A stretch of 61,587 nt of DNA, counting the filler, from Choristocarpus tenellus KU-1152 (taxonomy: Eukaryota; Protista; Phaeophyceae): the NCBI GenBank assembly GCA_964200185.2. It is 10 parts of 10 records of this genome, joined end to end, with 100 filler letters (N's around TTAATTAATTAA, not from the genome) between each part and the next. Parts side by side here need not be neighbours in the genome. Positions count along the whole stretch, not along the records: positions 1 to 11,272 come from CAXNAD020002411.1; positions 11,373 to 21,589 come from CAXNAD020003066.1; 8 more parts are not named here. The stretch is one strand, 5' to 3'. The position numbers and the translations under genes are program-made. Positions within the stretch are counted from its first letter, which is position 1. Every line of letters starts with the position of its first letter. Of the stretch, positions 1 to 12,739 are shown piece after piece. The notes beneath the pieces are model-generated. The model saw only the letters and a list, made by a program, of their open reading frames with translations, was not told where the DNA came from and searched no databases.

Positions 1-47
1 GACTGGTGTTCTGGGCAAATGAAAGCATGGAGGGGGGCTCAATATAC

Positions 48-3000
48 CTTGCCCCACTCAATTTGAGACCAACCCTTGTTCATCCACTCCTCTGGTCTCA
101 GGCCTGCAGGATAGATTATTGCAGTTGGTAGACCAAGTCTTGCTGTGTGATAATGACGAGCCACATATCGAGATGGGGCCTTTGTGTAGAAGGGGGAGGG
201 CATAGGTAGGGAGATAGGGTTCAAGGAGTATTCTACTGTCCTATATTTCAGAACTCTCCGTATGAAATAACAAGAGTCCCAGAACCTTGAGGAAGGTAGT
301 GAGTGCCTGGTTGTTGGTTACTGAAAAATGACTTGCTTGCTCGTTTCCTTGTTTACTCCACCACTCCCTCAGTGCTACTGTTGAATACATCATTATGAGA
401 TCGTCCTCCTTGTACACAAATTGTGCTTCAAAGTACACTGAAGTAGAACTCAGATCAAACATTCGTTGCAATGTCTACATTGGTGATCATAGTATTAGTT
501 CTTATTGTTGTCTAGACTTCAGGTCATGCTGAGATCAGCAATAGCAACAATAAAATGAGAGGTTAAGGGAGATGGATCTATTATTTGAACCAATGGGTTG
601 GACCTAAAAATGTCACATCAATAACTAAATCATTAAAACACAATTGGCCTCCAAAATGCCAGGCATCCTCAATTTTATTAATATTTTTGAGGTAATTTCA
701 TGGAATGAAGCATCATTCGCATCAAAATGCATTTCTAGTGGCTTGCTTACCACTCAAAAAGCCCTGCATGCCTGGCCCCCAACACTCTACTCACCCAAGT
801 GTCTATTTTGTCCCCCCTCTACCTATTCTATTTGACAAAAGGTACTGGAGTGCAATGCATCCCTCCAAAAAGTGTTATATGGTGGGGGAGAGATGGATAG
901 CCTCACCACTAATGCTTCAGCATGAAGGTCACTGTGAGGGTACATATTACACAGCTCTACCACACGCACAGGTCTCCTTGCTAGCTTAGCTCCTTCCATG
1001 AGTATCTAATAAGAAATGTAGGGATATAAATGAAAAACAAGAATAGGAAATTCCAAGTTGTCAGGTTTCTATTGCTATGATAGACTCCAAAGAGTAGAGT
1101 AAATCAAAGTAGTGAGTACATTCACAAGATCGTCATTTGATGTGCATGATATTTTTTTGAGCTTTGCTCTGACCTGCACCTTGGTTGGGAGATCATCCCT
1201 GGAATTAGCGCATAACACCACATCAAATCCTTTCAGCTTATGAACATAATTGTGAAGAGACATACCCCTCTGCAGTCCACATTCCTTGTCCACAAGCGCC
1301 CCTTTCTCCTCCCTTCTGTCCTTCAAACCTTTTCCTTCCTTACCATTTCCATCCAAAGCAGCAGGAGAGGCAGGGCGAGGAGGGAGCCTTCCCTCCCTCA
1401 TTGCCTGCAGCACTGACAATGCAGACTTCTCGTCATCAGGTACTGCCACTGAATAAAGTGGCGTCAAGGAGGTGGCTAGGCGGTGCACCAGGCGAGCCCC
1501 CTTCCCCAATTTCCTCATTCCTTCTTGCTCCACCCCAGTTTCCATAGTTGCTTCCATCACAATCTCATCTGCTGCAGTCGTCCCCTGTGCTGGTGGTCTC
1601 CTAGCTACCCTCTCCTGACCCTCTAGCTGTTGAGCAGTGAACCACTCCACGCGATACCTTCCAGTATGGAACAGTCAGTAAAACGATGGTAATGATGCAA
1701 AAGAGGAGAATAATAATTGAGGGCAAAGGAGTGGGAAAGGGTTTTCCTATGATGGCCAAGGGCAGAGAATTGTTGCCTATGATGCAAGCACAATCAGCTT
1801 GAGGAAGAGGTGGAGGGGAGAGGAGAAAGTCATTTGAGTTGGCGTGGCAATTTCTCATTTGAGAAGGCACTCTGGTTCTCTTCTCAAACCTTATATTTGG
1901 CTTATTGTGCCAGGTCTGTGCTGCTCAATACTTGTGTTAAGTGCAGATGTATGCTCACATCCTACCATTGTTTTCAATTGCACAACCAATTTGGGCTTTA
2001 AGCGTAGCACTAGAAGGGAAAATATATATGGAAATCAGGAAACGGAAATATTACATATGAGTGTGAAAAATGTGGGATATTCTCCCACACACAGCTACCT
2101 GTTGGGGAAAAAACTAGAGAAGTCTGTAAAGTGGAAAAGAGGGTCGAGATAATGTATTTCCGTTATGGTCCATAGTACCTTAGAGGGAGGGTATTTAGCC
2201 CAGTTTGTCCATTCGAGGCTTGATGGGGTATTGGAAGATACCCCAGTTTGAGGCCTGTTTTGTGAGTTATTTCCTTCGGATTTGGTTCAGGCAGGGGGAT
2301 GGAAAAGGAAGGTGCGCTCAGATGAAGGAAATTGCCCTTACATCTGACATGTTCGAGTCAAAGTATCTTAGGGTTAGGGTAGAGCCGTGTCTGTTTTGGG
2401 ACCAAAATCCAATGTTGCGATTTTGACGTAATTTTGGCTATCGTGTTTATTAGAAAGTGTCAATATCCATGTTTCGGACACACCTTTTCATAAAATATAC
2501 ATTGTACCTACTCCGAAACATTTTGGAGTAGGAAAATGTCATATAAACCCATGGGAAGCCAAGCCCCAGAAAGATAAACAGGGCAAAACTCGTACCCTCT
2601 AGGATACTTTCACTCTTCACTCTTATGCATGGAAATCATTATAGGTTCACACAGGCCTCAGATTGATACCTGACCCCCCATATGGGTCCATTGTAGGGTT
2701 TGGTTGAGTATAGGATTGAAAATCTCTAAGTCATGCTTCCTAGTGATCAGTCTTCCGCATTCACATCTTCATGCCTGCATGATAGTACATTTGCAAGTTG
2801 ATAGATGTAGGTCCGATTTTCCACTCCAAAGCAAAGAAACACTGGTGGGGCATGCATTCCTTTTTTTAATGTTTGGAAAATCAAAGTTTGGGACCTCTAT
2901 CTACTGTACTCCACGAGTATTCCATCACTCTAACATATGAGATTAAAAAAATGCATATTTTTGCATTATTTGGATATTTTCCTCAAAATTTGGAGTTGGA

Positions 3001-6000
3001 GTTGTGATAGTCACTAAGGATGGATTACTTTGCTGGAAATATCACAACAGCATTCGCCTTGCAGCTAGATTGGCGCAACAGACAACAAACCTTTCGTACT
3101 TCCCACAGTCTATGTCTCCCAAAAGCTGGGAAGTGGATGTCAGTTCATAGACTCTCACCTATATCTGGGGAGCCCTTCACACAGCTTGGCATAGACCATA
3201 TTCTGGCTGTGTTCTTCCATGTCATTGCTCACAATTGCCACCATAAGGACACCTTCTTCAACTTCCTCCGCCCCACCATCTACGCCTTCATCCACCCGAA
3301 TCTCTTCGTGTGCCTCCAATCGTGTCTTCACCCCCAAGCCTTTCTGGTTGATGTGAGCAACCTGATCATCTTCCGCTAACCTCAAAGGGTGTGCAAGGGT
3401 AGCACTGTTCACAATCTCCATCATGGCTAGATCAGTGTCATATCTTGTATATTTCTTCTCCCTCTCCCCCAGCTTCGAGTCTGGCCCTGAATAAGACCAA
3501 ATTGGCTCAATTACATCAATCACCACCGAATCTTCACTCTTGATAACCTCTATATAGCAATTCCTATTGAAGCGATTGGACGATTCAGGGGAAATTGTCC
3601 CATTACAGTCAGCAGAACCTGCTACTCCCATCCCTAGTGTCGGTTGTATTGCTTGTCCTGATTTGGTTGCCGTGTGTTTACCCCCGTTCTGCACCTTCCC
3701 CCCTCCTTCCTGTTTCCAAATAGCTGCTTTCTGCTGTGTGACATTTGTTTCCATATCAGAGTTACAAGTGTTTTTTTCCTCAACTCTTGAGCTATTCTGT
3801 TGAATCAACTCTGACTTAAGCAACTTGACAGCAATAACATGGGTGCCTGAAAGCAACCCCTCCAAGGACAGCACATTCCATTCCACACTATTACATGGGC
3901 CAGTATCCACCTTTTTTTAGAGGAATCAAGACAGTGGGGGTTACAAAGCATAATTTACGTCCTGGAGGTCAAAGCAAAAAGGGCAATGACCAGGGAGGAT
4001 AGAATGGCACTGGGCAAGGAGGTAAGGGGAAAGTAAAGCAAAACGCATCAGAAAACAGGGGAAAATATGAAGGCTTTTTGATAGCTGCATAGAAGAACAA
4101 AAAAAAATCGCTTGGGGTATAGAGTTGGTGTGTGGGAGGTTCATCCCATACAAAAAAGGAAACTATAGCATGAAAATCTTCCAGAGAGTCAAGAGGCAAC
4201 ACTATCATGAGCTCAGGGTAATAGAGTTAAATTTTATTTATGCGATGGCAAAGGAAGTGCCTGCTACTTTGTAACTTCTGCTCAAGGCACAAATCTGAAA
4301 GAGGAAAATCTAGTTTATTCAGCCTTTAGCATAACTCGCTTCTCGTCATGCAGACCAACCTGCACACACACACCCTCAGGGAAATCTCCACCACCGCCTT
4401 TAGATACCCCCCAGGAATCTGTGAGGATGTCAAACTCCAGAGTGAGTCGACCTGTAAGAGGTATGGCAATCAAGGAAATGACTCCAGTACGTTATGCATC
4501 AGATTTAAGAGGTATGGCAACCAAAAAACTGACTCCAGTGTGTTATGCATCAGATGTATGTATCAAGTGGTGTGCGCATCTTGTAGAAGCTGCATTTGTT
4601 TGAGAGAACCTTGCCACGCAATAGGAGTATAATTTGGTATATACTATATAGGGACTAGAAAGCTGGAGTAAGTCTGAAGGCACTGTAAAACGTCATCAAT
4701 GAGCCTTGTGAATACCTTCGGTAAATATATCTCCTTTTGAAGGTCTAACAATGCTCACACAAGGCTGCTCACACTCTTCATTTCCCCTTTCCCCTGGCCA
4801 ATCCCTTCTCCCTTCTGTAATCAATGTTCCCACCCCTCCTCCCACTCCTGACCAGTCTCCTTCCGTTGATGCCCCCTCTGCCATTGCTTCCTCGTCCGAT
4901 CCATAATCATTTTTTGGTGATTCCCAAACTTTCTGGCAGTCACTTCCAACTCTCTGGTGTTGTAAAAGTAGGTCATCACACAGTGGATCTAAAAAAGACT
5001 TGCTATCAGGCACTAGACACAGCATTCGTTGCCACTCTGTCCAGGCTGTAGGGTGTAGCTGCTCACACCCATTGACTCCCTCCCCCCTTTTCACTTTCCC
5101 CCTGTCTTCGCGGCTTTCATCTGCCTGTTTCCGTGTTCTCAACCTCATTTTCCCCACTCCTTCATCCTCTTGTGGGTTTACATCGTCCATCCAACAGTAC
5201 CCCTCTTGCCCTGGACTTTGCCACGCCCCAGACCCTCTCAAACACTTCCCCTTTGTCCCAGGCCACTGTCCCTTCCTACTACTGAGGTGCAGTCTACGCA
5301 AAGCAGGGGTGAGGTACAGGAGGGGCTGGAAGACTGTGCGAAAATAGGCTGAAGGATGTGTGGGGTGGAGATTGGTAAGGGAATTGTTGTTCGCCCACCC
5401 CACCCAGCTTCGTTTGTACCAGTCAGCCTGTGAAGATCAGAAGAGGAAGGGTAGGGGGGGATGTAACTGTTCGGAGAAGGGATATCTGGGTAGATGTATG
5501 ACATCATTGAAACGTATTGGGTTTGTAAAAAGAAACCAGGGACCACAGTTTGGGATAGCACAATCGTTTTGTAGAGGTTAATCTGATCATCCCTAGACTA
5601 CCACTCCTAACACAGCAATTTCTGTTGGTGTTATTTCTATATCCTAAAATATGAAGTGAAGGCTAACCAGGCAAGGAATACATGGTCATTTCAGGCGAGA
5701 GTTCTCACCAGCCTGAGCGAAAAAAGATGTTTAGGTTACAGGCGTGCTCCTTGTGGTAAGATAACATCTTGCTGCGATTGTATATGTGCCCTATGACTTT
5801 TCCCCTGGCCATTATTCTATCTTCAATTTGATGCAAGGCTACAAATATGTTTGATTTGGTTGTGTTCCTAGGAGCACCCTCATTCCCTCATTTCCTTTCA
5901 TGTCTCTCCCTTCTCTATGCAGTCAAAGCAATGTGCTCATCTTCTATTCCAAAAAATTGCGTCTGGTCCTAAAATTAGGGCCATATGTGCTGGTTTGGCA

Positions 6001-9000
6001 TGACCCCTAGGTTTTTAGATCGTATCAGTCTATTGCACATGAGCACTGATCAAATGTAGCTCAGTTCTACATTAAAGTGTCATTGCCAAAATTATATCCA
6101 GTGCTTCACAGCACAGCAGATGATTGCACAACCCTACAGGCAACATTGCCTATACCACTGTGGTCGTAATGTTCTACTCTGGGAGTACATCTTCAATTTC
6201 TTGTAGAGCTTTTCCAGCACAGTTAGAAGTTTACCTAGTTTATGCAGATACTTGCTTCCATGGCTTTGGAAGGCCAGCAGCAAAGCAATATGAGGATCCT
6301 TGTGCTCCCATACCCACGCCTCCCCTACTGTCTGGTCTTGTAGTCACCAACCTGAATATCTGCGGCATGTGCGAAGGACCTTATCTTCCTCTGCACTTCC
6401 TTGTCCGTCCTAACGTAACTAAGGTGATGGCATACACCCACAGAAATATCCAGCTCCATGCCCAGGTCTACCGTAACCCTTTCCAACTCCATATCCCTCC
6501 CCAGACCTTCCTGGACAGTGTTACCCTCAGTCCCTCCTCCCTCACACTCCAGCTCTCGATTGAGATACCTTGTACAAGAAGGGAAGCAAAGGAATAACAT
6601 GCATAAAAAGAGAAGTGAGGTGGTAAGAAGGGTGTATGGTAGTGCCGACCAAATATTGGTAGTCCCAACAGTTGACCTTATTGATTTGAATCAACAGTCA
6701 AATAAATATTTTCAGGTGGTTGATCAAGGAATATATATACAAAGGATGTGGTGAGGTGAGGTATCCTTGTGTGCTGGGGAATGAGTGACCACTAAGATCT
6801 CCAAAGTCTTTCCTTGGCCAGTGCAGAAGTGCACCTGTCTTAAAACGGTCCTAGATAATGGGTGCATTCTCCTCTAATAACCCAATACGTACATAAGACA
6901 AAATAGTTAAGTATAGCCCAATGTAGCAGAGAGAAAAAGGTGTAGATGGAAGGGAACAGGGGAGGAGAGAGAGAAGATAGCAGTAAGGGCTGGACTATTT
7001 CACTCACCACTTGCATCGGTGAGGATCCATGAGCCAAAGGATGCGCAAAGGTTCTGGAGGGGTTACTATGGTCCGTATTGAAGCCCAGTAAGTTGACATG
7101 GTTGCTTGGATATAGGGTGTAGAAGGATATTTGCTGGCCAGGATCAGGGCTCTGCTCCCAACCAGTGTAAGGGTGGATCGTAAAGGGGCAGGGCAACAAC
7201 ACAGGTAAGCTGAGGGCATAAAAAGTCTGGGGTGTTTTCATGCCTATATTGTGCAGGAGGTGCATTCATATCTGATGCATTGATTCATCCACTCTATCAC
7301 CATGATCACCATTGCCTCAGTGCCTTCCTTGAAATTTGCCTTGATGAATCATGGCAATGGCAAACAAAAATGGATTATTTCCAACCTGAAGCATTGTAGT
7401 TCGTGTCTGTTGGTCAGTGCCGACAAAAATTCCATGCAATGATGGAATCAACACAACAGACCATTTACTCCGAAGAGTCAGATGTGAAGGTGTGAAAGAC
7501 ACGAATAGGCGCAAGTTCTTAAGCTCATCGCTCACTTAGCAAGCTGGACAGGATGCCAAAATTCGTCTGTGTCAAGCACCAGCACTCGTTTGAAGTCCCT
7601 GGAGGTATAAAGGGGAATTTGGTTGAGTTAGACTCAAAATGTTTGGAGTTGCCTGGCCCAGGAAAATTGCATAGAGGACTGGATGAAGAGAGGGTGGCTG
7701 TGTCTGCTCCATGCAAAATGAGAGGGGAGGTTGCAGGGGGAGGGCAGGGTGGTAGCAGCACTGGATAAGGATGGGGTGAACCTACCCTAGCTGCGAATCA
7801 TTTTTCGGTGTTTAAACTCTTTTGATGTGGGGATCACGATGAAATCATGAAATAGATGCTACAGACAGCAAGGGTTGTCTTGTTTATGACTTGAGGAGTG
7901 GTGCAGTGGGGATGAAGCAACTATTTTTACATCTTGAGCTTCCCACTTCTGAATATGTGTTTTAAAATAAGGTAAGCTGACACTGAGAGGCTTGACTTGG
8001 CAGGGTGTTGAATCATTGGCAGATAACAAAAGACAGGCTTGAAAGGGATAACATTTGAGGTAATCTCTTGTAAATACCCAATCTGGCACAAGGTACCTCA
8101 GTGGGGTTTTACCTTGCACTTGTTCTGATTTCCTGGCTTCCATATTCTCGCTGCTCTTCCTCTGTTCTCCAAGCACCAACAATCACGCGCATCTAGCGGG
8201 TAGGGGCATATTGCAACGAGTGCACTTTGTGAAAAGACGACAAATCCAGGATGGGAGGGCAGGGGGGGGAGCAGGATGCGATCCCTTGCAAAAGCAAGAC
8301 AAACAGTACAAATTTATAGAATATCTAGCAGCCTGAAAGAAGAACCTCCTGAAAATCATGTAGCAGGATAACATTCTGTCATGTAGTATCAACTGTAAAT
8401 GGGATGCTTCTGCTCCTGTACACGATGCTAATGAGATATGATTAGGAAGTGAGATCTGTGGGGATAGAAGAGCAGGAGCCAGGTGTATCATGGAGCCCAA
8501 GCGCAATTCAAAAACAACATTTGGGGTCATCCATCTACTTTTCCCGTGACCTTTCCATATGCGGGAGAAGATGGATCTGCCTCCATGTCCTGCAATGTCT
8601 CCAAGGTTCTTCCTATGTCCCCAGCCTCTCCATGCCAGGGAGTGGTGCTTACCAGTATCAGCTTGTAATAAGTGGTTTGCCGGTTGGGGCAAGTGGAAGA
8701 AGGATTTATGTAAGAGGGTGATTGGCTGGCGGTGCTGAGGTCAAGGAGGGGATTAAGGTAATCTCTGTCCTTGTAAATAAAAGCAGGGAGGGATAGGATG
8801 TAAGTAGGGAGGAGGGGAAGGGGATATCTGGGTATGTGTTGAAACAAGTTTAATTGGGCAAACATTTCCAGTGACAAATCTGTAGAGGGGTTGACGGGGT
8901 GCAGGTTTGGCTTGGGGAGCTCTTGCACAAATGGGCATCATTCCTACGTTACAATGTTTGCTACACTACATCTTGATGCAGAGGCAAGGCAATTACATTC

Positions 9001-10978
9001 CCAAACACCCCTGAATACAAAGACAGTGCCTCCTGACACTGCTCCTCCCCTTCCTAGCACACAACTCCCTCACATCCAATACAGCTTCTCCCACCCTCAC
9101 CAATCACCCAAGCTCTACGCCTACAGATGTTATTCAATCCAGCAAGGATGATCTGTGACTGCACCCCTCCTCCTCTAGAACACCGTGGCACACATGATCT
9201 CGGACTAAATTCCAAGTTGATCGCCTATCTATATAACACCTTTGACCCTGACCTGATGCTTACTCACAATGTGCTCCACAACCATTGCCACCTCCTCTAC
9301 TGTCCATGACATGAAGAAAAAATCATCGTGAACCAGAACAACTGCTGCTACTGGCATCTGTGTCTGACGTTCCCTGGCCTCAAGTAACATAGCATCTGGC
9401 CCTCGCCCCATCCACTGTGAATGGAAATCCACTAAGGCTGCAACTATAGTAGGGTGGGAGAGGGGGAAAGGTTGAGGGGGCACCCTGCAGAGCATGAGGT
9501 TGGTGAGAGTACCCAACAAGACAAGGGGAACCAGGAGGAGGTGATGAGGGCTGATCACATTTGATCTTGTAGTTTTGTCATCCTCCACCATTCAATGTAC
9601 TTGTAGTGTTTATTCTCAAAAACATAATCAGCGCAGCTCTCCCCTGCAGGATGTTTTTAGAGTTCCGAGAAAATAGACCAGCGATGGTGAGTTTGGGATG
9701 GTACCACACCATGCACTAGTAAGTATTGCTATTGATACATACTACTTAGTGACCTGGGCATGCTTGTGTCACGACTTATCTGGGGGCATCACTACCACAA
9801 AGGAACATATTCTGCTAGACATGCATGTGCCCAACAATCCCATCACTCACTTTTTTCTTCCCTCTCCCTTTCCCTTACTCTCTCCTTTCCCTCCCTTCCT
9901 TCCTCTCCGCCAGACAGTTCTACCTCTCCTACTGTCAGCAGCTGCAGAAAGTACAGGTCAATATCCATCTGAGCCAGCATTGATAGCTCTCTTGGTTGAA
10001 CCGTTGTTAGGGCATCCACCACTGAAGATCTCTCTTCCTCACCCCTTGCGTTGTCCTGGAGAAAAAAGCTTGCATCACCCAGTCCTTCTCTCCTGTTGCC
10101 ATTCTGCACCACATCTTCCCATTTTTCTACAGGCTGATAGGCACTGATAAACTGCTCCTCCCATACCCAGCTGTGCCAGTGGATAGAATCCAGGGCGGCG
10201 TCTTTCCCCTCTCTCCACCTGGCACTCTCACCCATTCTAGAGTCATTACTGTCACCTTTGGTGGCACATTTAACTCTTCCTGATATGTGATGTGCTCGGG
10301 ACATCCAGTCAGCTATCCCTCCCTGCAGGAGAAAGCCTTCATCTATATCGCCAAGGGTAGCAAAAGTGTCTTTATCAAAGACAAGGAGAGGCAATGGTGC
10401 TTCCACACGAAATAGTCCTTGGAATTGCTGGTGAGCTTTTTGCTGTCCAGGCAAAAAGGCACTGACTAGGAGTCCACTGTCAACTGGGAAAACTTTGCTA
10501 TTATCTGAGTTTTGAAGTTCTTCAAAATTGGTGGTGGTGCTTGTGTTGTCTCCCTCCAAGTTATCTGCGTACTTGTGTTTCCTATTTCTTCTTGTTCTAG
10601 ATGCTTCTAACAGTTTTTCGTAGTAAAGGAAGATGTCTTGTCCCAACCCTTCATCCGACTCATCAATCTTTTTCACTCCTTCAGAAGCACCAATTTTCTC
10701 AGCCTCTTCCTGTACTTGTCTCCATTTAGAGCAGAATGGCCATAGCTGTCCTTCCTTTGACTGGTTAGATTTCTCCTTTTCGGAGAGGGTGTCAACCTTT
10801 GCTCTCAGAGTGAAGGATGTCGACAGCACTGCAATAATAGAGTTTTGCTCTATTGTTTCCAATGCCCGGTTCAGTGCTGTGGAATTGTTCCACAAGGAGA
10901 GGCAACCCAGGGTTGAGGTCAAAGAAGTGGGTGAGGGAAAGAGACGACCTTTTTCGTGGCTACAGAACACCCAGCTGC
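48..10978 (-). CDS. Large multi-exon glycosyltransferase-like (GT-B fold, GT4/GT41-like) gene, partial at both ends
   Basis: Phase-consistent 3' exons 3910-3159, 1657-1180, 1005-907 and 179-48 read ...VAIVSNDMEEHSQNMVYAKLCEGLPRYRYRVEWF...FDVVLCANSRDDLPTKILMEGAKLARRPVRVVELCNMYPHSDLHAEALVAPSRYVARHYHTARLGLPTAIIYPAG, which resembles a GT-B N-terminal lobe. Further likely exons on the same strand: ~10978-9933, ~9445-9250, ~8660-8550, ~7130-7008, ~6570-6347, ~5370-4715. Their linkage into one gene and the product are inferred. Confidence 0.5.
2355..2615 (-). mobile_element. MITE family A, full copy (intronic)
   Basis: ~24-bp TIR GAGT(C/G)AAAGTATCTTAGAGGGTA; flanked by TTC/TTC; homologous to copies at 24807, 34921, 42509 and 50364. 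Confidence 0.85.
4457..4557. repeat. ~50-bp tandem duplication
   Basis: aagaggtatggcaa...gactccagt...ttatgcatcagat occurs twice in tandem. Confidence 0.75.
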
Positions 10979-11272
10979 CTTGTGATCATAGGATTCATGT
11001 TCAAAATGAGGGGGAGATGTGCACAAGAGAAAGGGCAGAAATTATTCAGCCTTGAGACTCTCTCCTAATCGCTACAGTGCCTGAAAGAAAGGCAGTGAGG
11101 AATGCACCAGTTAAGTGGGACAGGTCTCAGAAAATTTGGAAAACTTAGTCAAGGGTCTGCCACAACTGGTCACCTCACATCTGGACTCCTGGTAGTTTTT
11201 GAAGAGCCTAAAGGGGCAAGGGGGGGCTGGGATGGTATGAGGCGATGTAGATGATGTTTTAGGTATCACCTG

Positions 11273-11372
11273 NNNNNNNNNNNNNNNNNNNNNNNNNNNN
11301 NNNNNNNNNNNNNNNNTTAATTAATTAANNNNNNNNNNNNNNNNNNNNNNNNNNNNNNNNNNNNNNNNNNNN
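11273..11372. other. Artificial contig-joining spacer N44-TTAATTAATTAA-N44
   Basis: Identical 100-bp spacer also at 21590-21689, 25574-25673, 30945-31044, 34038-34137, 39305-39404, 43399-43498, 50858-50957 and 58279-58378; the 12-mer gives stops in all six frames. Confidence 0.97.
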
Positions 11373-11562
11373 CTATAATCAGTGGTCATTAATACTGTAC
11401 ACACTATAATCAGTGGTCATTAATACTGTACACACTATACTCAGTGGTCATTAATACTGTACACACTATACTCAGTGGTCATTAATACTGTACATACTAT
11501 ACTCAGTGGTTGTTAATACTGACACACTATACTCAGTGGTCGTTAATACTATACACACTATA
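11373..11562. repeat. 31-bp minisatellite, ~6 copies
   Basis: Unit ctata(a/c)tcagtggtcattaatactgtacaca starting at 11373, 11404, 11435, 11466, 11497 and 11527; no spacers. Confidence 0.9.
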
Positions 11563-12739
11563 CACGTGATATGTCTTCTGCGGCACTCTACATAGACACA
11601 TAATTCTGTACATTTTTTCTTTCTTTCACACAGCCAAATCCCACTATTTGCCACAATTCGGACATTACATTTTTGTAACGCTGTGGTAGCATTTCATGAG
11701 CTGTTACATAGATAGCAAATGCGTGATTTGGTCCAACGGTGTTACAGGCACTGAATAGTGTTTGTGTCATAGCACAAAATGTTACGTCGCAACACTATGT
11801 TACACTGTAACACTTTTTGTCCGAAAAAAACAAGGAAATAAAATAAAATTTTGTGTTGCAAAAAATCATAACCGTGATTGTATTTGCGTGGTTGAGGCGT
11901 ATCTTGATGAGATTTCACATTATGAACAGAAGGAAGCATTCGAATGTCTGAACGTGCCATTGCACCTTACATACAGTCAGTGCCATTCAACAATTGAAAC
12001 AGAAACAGGGCACAGCTGAATCAAATGTTGAGAGGCACCGTTGTTACTGCCTGCCAAGTCTAATCTATAAGCAATGCGATATCTCCTATTTCAATCTGAT
12101 ATATTTGTAACATTGTGTTATGTTGCGTTACAACACAATTGGGTTACTATCGCAACACTTCAGGGAGTGATAAACCGGAACACTAGGTTGTCTTGTAGCA
12201 CAGTGATTGTAAGATAATGGCTTGCGTTTCGGCATCGGGTGTGTTTCATTAAAATGACAACATTCGGAAGTGTAATTTGGACTGGAGTTTTACAAGCACT
12301 GCATGGTGTTTCATATCGTGTTGATGAGTGACGCTATAGAAAGAATCATTTCCCGCTTACAATAAAAAAAAATCCACCTGTTAAGAATATTATTTTTATT
12401 CATGTGTAAAAGAAGATTTTTTAGAAGAAACAATCTAAGGATGAAGAGACAGTGTATGTATTCTGAAGAATAGAAGATAAGGTTGGGTTGCCGTTGGGAG
12501 AGTTCCTTTGTTGAGAAGTGTGCTGAGCACACAGAAAGAGTAGGTCATCATTGCCCAAGGGCTTACCTGCTCAACCCTCCTGTCCAGCCCTGTGTGCAGA
12601 TCTGAGAGAATAATGATGAAAGATATTATGTCGATATCTCATACTGTAGTATTCAGAGGCCTCTAAAAATAGCGACAGGGTCAGGTAAGGGTGAATGTTT
12701 TCTTGGTATTCCCTATTACATCCTCTTTTCCCAGTCCCA

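Noticed and set aside
1-11272. Contig 1 as a large DNA transposon or integrated giant-virus segment
   Set aside because: No transposase or NCLDV core motifs recognised; the ORFs are bounded by spliceosomal splice sites and join in phase like a cellular gene
11273-11372. Recurrent palindrome TTAATTAATTAA within N runs as a biological motif
   Set aside because: Identical 100-bp construct repeated nine times; a six-frame-stop linker added when contigs were concatenated
11373-11562. 31-bp repeats (also the 15-, 14-, 20- and 40-bp arrays) as CRISPR arrays
   Set aside because: Head-to-tail units without unique spacers, no cas genes, eukaryotic context
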